Position numbers and translations under genes: made by a program. Below, piece by piece: positions 6,203 to 12,221 of a stretch of DNA of 12,221 nt. Source of the DNA: a virus. The notes below the pieces were generated by a model. The model was not told the DNA's origin. It saw only the letters and a list, made by a program, of their open reading frames with translations, and did not search any database. Where the stretch lies: the UHGV virus genome UHGV-0371394; one strand, written 5' to 3'. Position 1 is the stretch's first letter. Each line of letters begins with the position of its first letter.

Positions 6203-7140
6203 CCTCTGAATCCTGCCGGGATCTGGCTGTAGTCCACGTTGTCGTAACTGGCTTTGAAGTACGGGTCCTCGCGTTTTTCGGTGTACGTGCTGACGGACGG
6301 CGATAAGCGCAGGGAAAGCTCATCCCATTTTTCCCGCAGCTTCGACGGGCTGAGCACGTTACGGCACCAGAACGGATCGCGGCTGACGCGGCTGTACATC
6401 TCGCAGATTTGTTTGTGAGTACGCCCATCCTGTACACACATCAGGCGAATTTCGTTTGCCCAGGCTGTCCAGTTAGGTTCTTTGGGACGAACCACCTCGC
6501 CGTCACATTCGGCAGCCTGCTCGTACAGGGCGATGATTTTTTTCCAGAGCCACTGTGCGCAGGTCAAATCATCCTGCGTCCCCCACTGGCGCTTTTTAGG
6601 GCTGAATACAACCGCATCAGGATGGCGAGTTAAAAAATCCTGTTCAGCCGTCTGCGTGTCCGGTTGCGAAGCGTCCGGACGAGAAGGTTTTTTATCTGAC
6701 GGATCATGTTTTGATTTTACTGACGGATCCCCGCCAGATTCTGACGGGTGAAAACCCGCTTTTTTGCCAGATTTCGACGCATCAAATTTTGACGGGTCAG
6801 ATTTTGATGCGTCAGATTTTGACGGGTCAGAATCTGACAGTTGAGAAAATGCCGCTGTCTGAAGCTTCGCAACGTTAAGCTGATAAACATTCGACGCATT
6901 GCGGTTACCCTGGCGACGCGCCTTACGCGTTAACCAGCCTTCTGCTTCCAGCCGTGCGATAGCCGTTCTGACGGTACTCATCCCCGCGCCAATCTGACGG
7001 GCAATGGTTTCAATTGATGGCCAGCACACACCTTCGTCATTACTGAAATCAGCCAGGCGGGCCATAATTGCCACGCTGGATAACTTCATGCCTGATGCAG
7101 CGCAACCATCCCATACATAGCCGGTTAATTTAGTGCTCAT
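6199..7140 (-). CDS. Replication initiation protein (HTH-domain initiator, lambda O functional analogue) with low-complexity repeat linker
   Basis: ATG at 7140; N-terminal winged-helix region (SSVAIMARLADFSNDEGVCWPSIETIARQIGAGMSTVRTAIARLEAEGWLTRK) typical of phage/plasmid initiators; central S/D/K/P-rich repeats encoded by tandem 15-bp DNA repeats; position right after the cro/cII-like genes. Confidence 0.7.
   Translation of the reverse strand: MSTKLTGYVWDGCAASGMKLSSVAIMARLADFSNDEGVCWPSIETIARQIGAGMSTVRTAIARLEAEGWLTRKARRQGNRNASNVYQLNVAKLQTAAFSQLSDSDPSKSDASKSDPSKFDASKSGKKAGFHPSESGGDPSVKSKHDPSDKKPSRPDASQPDTQTAEQDFLTRHPDAVVFSPKKRQWGTQDDLTCAQWLWKKIIALYEQAAECDGEVVRPKEPNWTAWANEIRLMCVQDGRTHKQICEMYSRVSRDPFWCRNVLSPSKLREKWDELSLRLSPSVSTYTEKREDPYFKASYDNVDYSQIPAGFRG
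6692..6843. repeat. Iteron-like array: at least 8 imperfect direct repeats (consensus about ATTYTGACGGRTC), the last five exactly 15 bp apart
   Basis: Cores at 6698, 6722, 6743, 6776, 6791, 6806, 6821, 6836; all spacings are multiples of 3 and lie in the initiator-gene linker, as lambda ori iterons lie inside O. Confidence 0.5.
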
Positions 7141-7149
7141 GACCGACCT

Positions 7150-7488
7150 CTATTTCCCTGAATTTACGACGAAACTGTTCGAGCGGACTGAAGCATTCAT
7201 GCTCATAACCTTCGCGGAGGTAGATAACCCGTTGTGTTTCCGGCTCCCAACGAATGACTCTGACGGGCACTCCGTAGTGATCTTTGAACCAGCGGTTAAC
7301 TTGTCGCAAAGGACTGTCTCCTTCTGCCGGTTGAAATCACCCACAGCCCACTCTGCAAAGCTGTGGGTTACAATTTCCCTGTCACCTGGTACATTCACTG
7401 CATAGCAATATTCCACCTTCGCTTTTCCACCCGGTACAGGAAGCGCAATCAGTTGCGAGCGACGGTAGTGTGTTGTTAAACTGTTCAT
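7150..7488 (-). CDS. Hypothetical early protein; 3' part of this frame looks non-genuine (possible frameshift, see findings)
   Basis: ATG at 7488 overlapping the upstream stop (ATGA). The first roughly 65 codons are protein-like; the C-terminal 45 are S-rich low complexity, while an alternative frame (7130-7309) is protein-like and ends 9 nt inside the initiator gene. Confidence 0.4.
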   Translation of the reverse strand: MNSLTTHYRRSQLIALPVPGGKAKVEYCYAVNVPGDREIVTHSFAEWAVGDFNRQKETVLCDKLTAGSKITTECPSESFVGSRKHNGLSTSAKVMSMNASVRSNSFVVNSGK

Positions 7489-8042
7489 GCGTTAGTTTCT
7501 CCACAACCAGAAGCAATCGACGCCACGACGCCCGGAGCTGCACACTCGCGGGCGTCATTACTTTCTGAAATGCAAAAAATTTTGTAGACAAGTGCTGCAT
7601 GCTCCTGCAGCTTCGAAATTGAGAGATACAGCTCGTCGTTAATTGCTGTCTTCTCATGCGGTTCCACTACACCGTCTTCGATTGCTGAACGAATCTGTTT
7701 TGAATAACTGCCGATCTGTTCAATGACTTCCAGCAGACGCTGGTTAATATCGGCGTTGTCCACATCCTCGACGTCAGGAAGAGACACAAAGACGCCATTT
7801 GCAGACTGCGCCACAGCATCAGCAATGAAGTGAGTGCCACCAGCACGCTGTAAAACCATTGCCCATCCCAGCGGGAAAATCTGATCGCCATCTGCACGAA
7901 GGCGGTTGAATAAAGCGTTTTCTGTTACATCGAGCCAGTCAGCCGCTTCAGCGTAACCACCCGGCAACGCCGCGATAGTTTTTCTGACAGCTTTCACGTA
8001 CCACTCAGGCTGTTTTTCTATTTTCCAGTGATGCTTACCCAC
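7485..8042 (-). CDS. Hypothetical early regulatory protein at the cII position (possibly CII-like / Phage_CP76-like)
   Basis: 185-codon ORF starting at GTG 8042 with strong SD AGGAGGT 6 nt upstream; immediately downstream of the cro-like gene. Family assignment is by position and weak recollection only. Confidence 0.45.
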   Translation of the reverse strand: MGKHHWKIEKQPEWYVKAVRKTIAALPGGYAEAADWLDVTENALFNRLRADGDQIFPLGWAMVLQRAGGTHFIADAVAQSANGVFVSLPDVEDVDNADINQRLLEVIEQIGSYSKQIRSAIEDGVVEPHEKTAINDELYLSISKLQEHAALVYKIFCISESNDARECAAPGVVASIASGCGETNA

Positions 8043-8295
8043 GGCTTACCTCCTGTTCCTGTGGTTTTAACTCATTCCGGTTTTGACTAGATTGAAAGCG
8101 TGCAGGATAGAGAATCTGCATTTCGCTGATTTCTCCCTTAAAAAAATTGGCCAGACGCTCTGCAAGATCGATAGATGGAATTTGTTCCAGTCTCTCAATA
8201 CGACTCAGCGTTGCTGGATTAACCTGAACGCCCGCAGCAACATGCTGCAAAGTAAACCCGTGCGCCTTACGCACATTTCGTAATGGTGATTGCAT
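8035..8295 (-). CDS. Cro-like HTH (XRE-family) repressor, divergent from cI
   Basis: 86 aa; ATG 8295 with GGAGG SD; HTH segment RKAHGFTLQHVAAGVQVNPATLSRIE; divergently oriented to the CI repressor across an operator region. Confidence 0.75.
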   Translation of the reverse strand: MQSPLRNVRKAHGFTLQHVAAGVQVNPATLSRIERLEQIPSIDLAERLANFFKGEISEMQILYPARFQSSQNRNELKPQEQEVSRG

Positions 8296-8392
8296 ATAAC
8301 CTCCACATATTGCGTGATGAGCATATTATTTCACGCAAATATTTTGCGCAAGTTGATTTGCTTAACGCGCAATAAAGAAATGTAATAAACGC
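8296..8392. promoter_or_regulatory. OR region: divergent promoters (pR towards cro, pRM towards cI) with operator half-sites TTGCG/CGCAA
   Basis: Inverted repeat TTGCGTGA-N13-TCACGCAA (8310-8338), palindrome TTGCGCAA (8344-8351) and 15-bp site TTGCTTAACGCGCAA (8358-8372) sharing TTGC-N7-GCAA with the OL sites. Candidate pR on the minus strand: -35 TTGCGC, 17-nt spacer, -10 TAATAT. Candidate pRM: -35 TTGCTT, -10 GTAATA ending about 6 nt before the cI ATG. Confidence 0.6.
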
Positions 8393-9085
8393 ATGAACAT
8401 AGGAAATCGAGTCAGACAACTTCGCCAGGCGAAGAACATGAAAATCGCCGATCTCGCTGAAGCAATAGGAGTGGATGCGGCGAATATCTCACGCCTGGAA
8501 ACAGGTAAGCAGAAACAATTCACTGAACAAGCCCTGAGTAATATTGCCAGGAGCTTAGGTGTTGATATTGCTGATCTCTTTACCTCAGACTTCAAAAGTA
8601 ATACTGTATGTAAAAACAGTATTAGTGAGGATGTTGCGCAGGTGAAGGATGTATTCCGTATTGAAATGCTGGATGTCAGTGCCAGTGCGGGAAATGGCCT
8701 TATCCAGGGCGGTGATGTCATTGATGTGATTCATGCCATTGAATACAGAACTGATAATGCTGTATCGATGTTTGGCGGACGACCAGCCAATCACATTAAA
8801 GTTATCAACGTTCGTGGGGACAGTATGTGTCCAACCATTGAGCCAGGAGATCTCATCTTCGTTGATGTCAGTATCAATCAGTTTGATGGAGATGGTATCT
8901 ATGTATTTGGTTTTGATGATAAAATTTATGTCAAACGACTGCAAATGATACCTGACAAACTACTGGTGATTTCGGATAATCAGATTTACCGTGAATGGGG
9001 AATTACCAGCGAAAATGAACACCGGTTTATGGTCTTTGGAAAGGTCTTAATCAGCCAGTCACAAACCCTTAAGCGACACAATTAA
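8393..9085 (+). CDS. cI: CI-type phage repressor (N-terminal HTH_XRE, C-terminal S24 LexA-like autopeptidase domain)
   Basis: 230 aa; N-terminal HTH (MNIGNRVRQLRQAKNMKIADLAEAIGVDAANISRLETGKQ); C-terminal VRGDSMCPTIEPGDLIFVD...KIYVKRLQ with the Ser/Lys dyad context of S24 peptidases; flanked by the OR and OL operator sets. Confidence 0.9.
   Translation: MNIGNRVRQLRQAKNMKIADLAEAIGVDAANISRLETGKQKQFTEQALSNIARSLGVDIADLFTSDFKSNTVCKNSISEDVAQVKDVFRIEMLDVSASAGNGLIQGGDVIDVIHAIEYRTDNAVSMFGGRPANHIKVINVRGDSMCPTIEPGDLIFVDVSINQFDGDGIYVFGFDDKIYVKRLQMIPDKLLVISDNQIYREWGITSENEHRFMVFGKVLISQSQTLKRHN
8602..8621. promoter_or_regulatory. LexA (SOS) box-like palindrome TACTGTATGTAAAAACAGTA inside the cI coding sequence
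   Basis: Matches CTGT-N8-ACAG with flanking TA on both sides; 17/20 identical to the E. coli SOS-box consensus TACTGTATATATATACAGTA; lies in the cI interdomain linker codons (TVCKNSI). Confidence 0.5.
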
Positions 9086-9105
9086 CCCTTACCTCCTCAT
9101 CAATT

Positions 9106-9127
9106 AGCCACCCGAAGGTGGCTTTTC
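9106..9127 (+). terminator. Intrinsic terminator downstream of cI
   Basis: Hairpin agccacc-cgaa-ggtggct followed by TTTT, 20 nt after the cI stop. Confidence 0.55.
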
Positions 9128-9140
9128 ACTACCCATTAAA

Positions 9141-9195
9141 TTGCATATCTCGCAACAAAACACTTGCATAATGCGCAAATTCATTTTATCTTTCT
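9141..9195 (+). promoter_or_regulatory. OL operators and putative pL (plus-strand early-left promoter)
   Basis: Two 15-bp sites TTGCATATCTCGCAA (9141-9155) and TTGCATAATGCGCAA (9164-9178), 8 bp apart, same TTGC-N7-GCAA architecture as the OR site; candidate pL -35 TTGCAT (9164-9169) and -10 TATCTT (9187-9192). Confidence 0.55.
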
Positions 9196-9603
9196 TTCCA
9201 GACAAACAAACAAGGTACTAACAAAATTTGGTTGTAACACGGCGTATGGCACATGCGTCGTTAGCGGTCTGGGGACGTTAAAGGGGACAATCCACTCCTT
9301 GCTCGGGCAAACAAACCAGGTAGCCGGAATGTGCAAGTCAATGATGATGCTGATAAGACGCCTAACCAGCGTGGCGATTCGGTTTGACGCCTGGGAAGAG
9401 ACCAGGGTGCAACGATGAGGGCATTTATGGAACCGCGACAAAGTGTGGTGCCGTAACTGGCTAAGTGCTCTCAGCGTTGTGGTAATCCGCGAAATGGCGC
9501 GGCGGTAAGTATGGCGGGGTTACTCTTTCCCCGTTGAGGACACCGGATTGTCAGGTTGACCATACGCCTGAGTGACAACCCCACCACAACAGCCACTGCT
9601 TTG

Positions 9604-9650
9604 GCGGTACCAGTTTGTACACTTGCTTCCGGCTGGTACCGCTCTTTTTA
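9604..9650 (+). terminator. Terminator-like hairpin in the pL leader (10-bp stem gcggtaccag/ctggtaccgc, long loop, then TCTTTTTA)
   Basis: Perfect 10-bp inverted repeat 9604-9613 / 9633-9642 followed by a T-rich tract; the 3' side CGCTCTTTTTA also resembles a boxA-like element. Confidence 0.4.
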
Positions 9651-9786
9651 CAAAACAGAGAAGAGCATCACCGGACGACGGGCTCATAACCCAATCCATC
9701 CGGGCGGCTGCCACCGCAGGTGTTCTTCTCTGTTTTGTGGAGAAACCAACCGACCTTGCAGGGTCGATATGATGAGGAGCAGCAAA

Positions 9787-10149
9787 ATGGCTAGCGAACG
9801 CAGTACTGATGTGCAGGCATTTATCGGGGAGCTGGACGGCGGCGTATTTGAAACCAAAATCGGCGCAGTTCTCAGTGAAGTCGCTTCCGGTGTGATGAAC
9901 ACGAAAACCAAAGGTAAGGTCTCACTCAACCTGGAAATCGAACCATTTGATGAGAACCGTGTGAAAATCAAACACAAACTCTCATATGTTCGCCCGACTA
10001 ACCGCGGGAAAATTTCCGAAGAAGACACCACCGAAACGCCGATGTATGTCAATCGCGGTGGTCGCCTGACTATTCTGCAGGAAGACCAGGGACAATTACT
10101 GACTCTTGCCGGTGAACCTGACGGAAAACTACGCGCAGTAGGTCATTAA
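9787..10149 (+). CDS. yfdP: YfdP-like hypothetical protein (first gene of the pL operon)
   Basis: ATG 9787 preceded by GAGGAG at 8-nt spacing; 120 aa; assigned by size and synteny with the following yfdQ/yfdR-like genes (CPS-53 order yfdP-Q-R-S-T, recalled). The track ORF 9556-10149 has a Cys-rich, non-protein-like N-terminal extension that I do not accept. Confidence 0.6.
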   Translation: MASERSTDVQAFIGELDGGVFETKIGAVLSEVASGVMNTKTKGKVSLNLEIEPFDENRVKIKHKLSYVRPTNRGKISEEDTTETPMYVNRGGRLTILQEDQGQLLTLAGEPDGKLRAVGH

Positions 10150-10214
10150 TATCGTTCTTAATTAACTGATTATTTATCTCATCACTGAATATCTTTATAT
10201 AGTGAGGACTTATT

Positions 10215-11039
10215 ATGTCTCAGAACTTAGACGCAACCGCAATTAATCAAATCCATGCCCTTATTTCTGCTCAGGGTGTTAATGAAATTATCAGTAAGAT
10301 TGGTGCCGATGCTGTGGCATTGCCTGAGAATTTCCGCATTCATGATCTGGAAAAATTTAATTTAAATCGCTTCCGTTTCCGTGGTGCGCTTTCCACTGCC
10401 AGCATCGATGACTTTACCCGTTATTCTAAAGATCTTGCAGATGAAGGCACCCGCTGCTTTATCGATGCTGATAATATGCGTGCCGTCAGTGTGCTTAACC
10501 TGGGTACTATTGATGAACCAGGTCACGCAGATAACACCGCCACTCTCAAACTGAAAAAGACAGCACCGTTCTCTGCTCTGTTGTCTGTTAATGGCGAGCG
10601 TAACTCCCAGAAGTCACTGGCAGAATGGATTGAAGACTGGGCCGACTACCTTGTAGGCTTTGATGCTAATGGTGACGCTATTCAGGCAACAAAAGCGGCT
10701 GCAGCTGTCCGTAAAATCACGATTGAAGCAAACCAGACCGCTGATTTTGAAGATAATGACTTCAGCGGCAAACGCTCCCTGATGGAGTCTGTCGAGGCGA
10801 AAACCAAAGATATTATGCCAGTGGCATTTGAATTTAAATGCGTTCCGTTTGAAGGTCTGAAAGAACGTCCGTTTAAATTACGCCTCAGCATTATCACTGG
10901 CGATCGTCCTGTACTGGTTCTGCGCATTATTCAGTTGGAAGCAGTCCAGGAAGAAATGGCTAACGAATTTCGTGATCTGCTTGTTGAGAAATTCAAAGAC
11001 AGCAAAGTAGAAACCTTTATTGGTACTTTCACCGCCTGA
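10215..11039 (+). CDS. yfdQ: YfdQ-like protein (DUF2303 family), function unknown
   Basis: 274 aa, the length I recall for E. coli CPS-53 YfdQ; SD GAGGA upstream of ATG 10215; followed by an HD-domain YfdR-like gene. Confidence 0.7.
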   Translation: MSQNLDATAINQIHALISAQGVNEIISKIGADAVALPENFRIHDLEKFNLNRFRFRGALSTASIDDFTRYSKDLADEGTRCFIDADNMRAVSVLNLGTIDEPGHADNTATLKLKKTAPFSALLSVNGERNSQKSLAEWIEDWADYLVGFDANGDAIQATKAAAAVRKITIEANQTADFEDNDFSGKRSLMESVEAKTKDIMPVAFEFKCVPFEGLKERPFKLRLSIITGDRPVLVLRIIQLEAVQEEMANEFRDLLVEKFKDSKVETFIGTFTA

Positions 11040-11051
11040 TTTCATTACTGC

Positions 11052-11074
11052 AAATGCCCCTGCGGGGGCATTTA
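11052..11074 (+). other. Stable GC-rich hairpin (aaatgcccc-tgcg-ggggcattt) between yfdQ-like and yfdR-like genes; possible attenuator or processing site
   Basis: 9-bp stem, 4-nt loop; only a short U-tract follows, so not a strong intrinsic terminator. Confidence 0.3.
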
Positions 11075-11166
11075 TGGAAACGTAATTAACTCAATAATCG
11101 CCGGATGGTAAGGGCTTCTTTTTACCAAAATTCAGTGCGGTGCAGCGCATATACGTGGAGAACAAA

Positions 11167-11703
11167 ATGTCATTTATTAAAACTTTTTCCGGGAAGCATT
11201 TTTATTATGACAAGATAAATAAAGACGACATCGTTATTAACGATATCGCGGTTTCCCTTTCAAATATCTGTCGCTTTGCAGGGCATCTTTCACACTTCTA
11301 CAGCGTCGCCCAACATGCGGTGCTTTGCAGCCAGCTGGTACCGCAGGAATTTGCTTTTGAAGCGTTAATGCATGATGCAACAGAAGCATATTGCCAGGAC
11401 ATCCCCGCACCACTGAAACGACTTCTTCCTGACTATAAACGGATGGAAGAAAAAATAGACGCCGTAATCCGTGAGAAATACGGGTTACCCCCAGTTATGA
11501 GTACGCCCGTGAAATATGCCGATCTCATCATGCTGGCAACCGAACGCCGCGATCTCGGGCTTGATGATGGCTCTTTCTGGCCTGTACTGGAAGGTATCCC
11601 GGCAACAGAGATGTTCAAAGTGATTCCACTGTCGCCAGGCCATGCCTACGGGATGTTTATGGAACGTTTTAACGAGTTATCGGAGTTACGCAAATGCGCA
11701 TGA
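11167..11703 (+). CDS. yfdR: HD-domain phosphohydrolase, YfdR-like 5'-deoxynucleotidase
   Basis: 178 aa from ATG 11167 (GGAG upstream); HD signature H...HD (FAGHLSHFYSVAQHAVL ... ALMHDATEAY); size and position match CPS-53 YfdR (recalled). Confidence 0.75.
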   Translation: MSFIKTFSGKHFYYDKINKDDIVINDIAVSLSNICRFAGHLSHFYSVAQHAVLCSQLVPQEFAFEALMHDATEAYCQDIPAPLKRLLPDYKRMEEKIDAVIREKYGLPPVMSTPVKYADLIMLATERRDLGLDDGSFWPVLEGIPATEMFKVIPLSPGHAYGMFMERFNELSELRKCA

Positions 11704-12044
11704 ATGTTTTCGAAATGGAAGGGTTTCTTCGCGGGAAATGTGTACCACGAGATCTGAAAGTGAATGAAACAAATGCTGAGTATCTGGTGCGTAAATTCGA
11801 TGAAGTACGTGCTGAGGCTCGCAACGAGGGTATTAACTATACCGCAAGCCGTCTTGCTGCGGCTTTCAATCACGGATTTATCAATAAGTCTTTACGTGAA
11901 GTTTTCGACGTTACACGCATGATTCTGTCAGCGAAAGAAGAGTTGGCTAATGAACCACACCCGATTGATGGCCTGTCCGGTGAATATGCGGAGAAATCCC
12001 TAGAAGAATGGGCGGAACAGATTCGCAAAGGAGGCAACCAGTGA
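11694..12044 (+). CDS. yfdS: YfdS-like hypothetical protein
   Basis: 116-aa ORF with GGAG 8 nt upstream of ATG 11694; overlaps the yfdR-like stop (an alternative ATG at 11700 forms an ATGA overlap); assigned by synteny. Confidence 0.6.
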   Translation: MRMNVFEMEGFLRGKCVPRDLKVNETNAEYLVRKFDEVRAEARNEGINYTASRLAAAFNHGFINKSLREVFDVTRMILSAKEELANEPHPIDGLSGEYAEKSLEEWAEQIRKGGNQ

Positions 12045-12221
12045 GCAAGATTGACTATCAAGAACTGCGCGAGGCGGCGGAACAGGCAACGCAAGATGAA
12101 TGGGTAGCATATATTTTGCCGGGTCATAACGGCATTTATCCTGCGCGCACGTCTGAGGGTAGGCATTGCGGATACTTTATTGACTGGCCTGGCGTCTGTC
12201 AGGGGCGGGAGAGCATCAGCA
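12041..12221 (+). CDS. yfdT: YfdT-like hypothetical protein, 5' portion (runs off window end)
   Basis: GTG at 12041 overlapping the upstream TGA (GTGA) with strong SD AAAGGAGG 6 nt upstream; open frame VSKIDYQELREAAEQATQDEWVAYILPGHNGIYPARTSEGRHCGYFIDWPGVCQGRESIS to the window end; assigned by synteny. Confidence 0.5.
   Translation, partial: MSKIDYQELREAAEQATQDEWVAYILPGHNGIYPARTSEGRHCGYFIDWPGVCQGRESIS

Noticed and set aside
6692-6843. CRISPR array
   Set aside because: Repeats are only about 15 bp, imperfect, without unique spacers and in frame within a coding sequence; consistent with iterons or a linker, not CRISPR.
8035-8295. Toxin-antitoxin pair formed by the Cro-like gene and the following gene
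   Set aside because: The arrangement (divergent from cI, operators between, followed by replication genes) is the standard cro/cII position; no toxin fold signature was recognised.
9164-9441. 84-aa plus ORF (9164-9418) and 86-aa minus ORF (9181-9441) in the pL leader as an N-like gene
   Set aside because: The plus ORF would start inside the OL2 operator with no SD and lacks an Arg-rich motif; the minus ORF starts at TTG and is antisense to the leader.
9556-9786. N-terminal 77-codon extension of the yfdP-like ORF (track ORF 9556-10149)
   Set aside because: The extension is Cys/Arg-rich and non-protein-like, overlaps the leader hairpins, and the internal ATG at 9787 has a good GAGGAG SD.

Overview
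This window reads as a mosaic lambdoid (Enterobacteriaceae, E. coli-like) prophage segment spanning the immunity region and both divergent early operons, running into the start of the late/lysis region. All calls come from reading the sequence and from recalled family signatures; no database search was run. From the centre: a Cro-like gene (8035-8295, minus) and a CI repressor with an S24 peptidase domain (8393-9085, plus) flank an operator region (OR), with a second operator pair (OL) at 9141-9178. The rightward (minus-strand) operon is a chain of mostly overlapping genes: CII-position protein, a possibly frameshifted ORF, replication initiator with in-frame 15-bp repeats, PerC-like regulator, Dam-like methyltransferase, LexA-N-terminal-domain-only protein, RusA, KilA-N protein, DUF968 protein, then Q antiterminator. 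Downstream of Q are a tR'-like terminator, a truncated methyltransferase remnant, three tandem tRNAs (Ile-CAU, Arg-UCG, Arg-UCU), a 440-bp empty cargo site, and a phage-21-type lysis cassette (pinholin, DUF1327, SAR endolysin running off the window start). The leftward (plus-strand) operon from pL has a roughly 590-nt ORF-free leader with a terminator-like hairpin and no N gene, followed by a yfdP-yfdQ-yfdR-yfdS-yfdT-like module. The most unusual signals are a near-consensus LexA (SOS) box inside the cI coding sequence together with the phage-encoded cleavage-deficient LexA-domain protein, the iteron-like repeats in the initiator gene, and the N-less structured pL leader.
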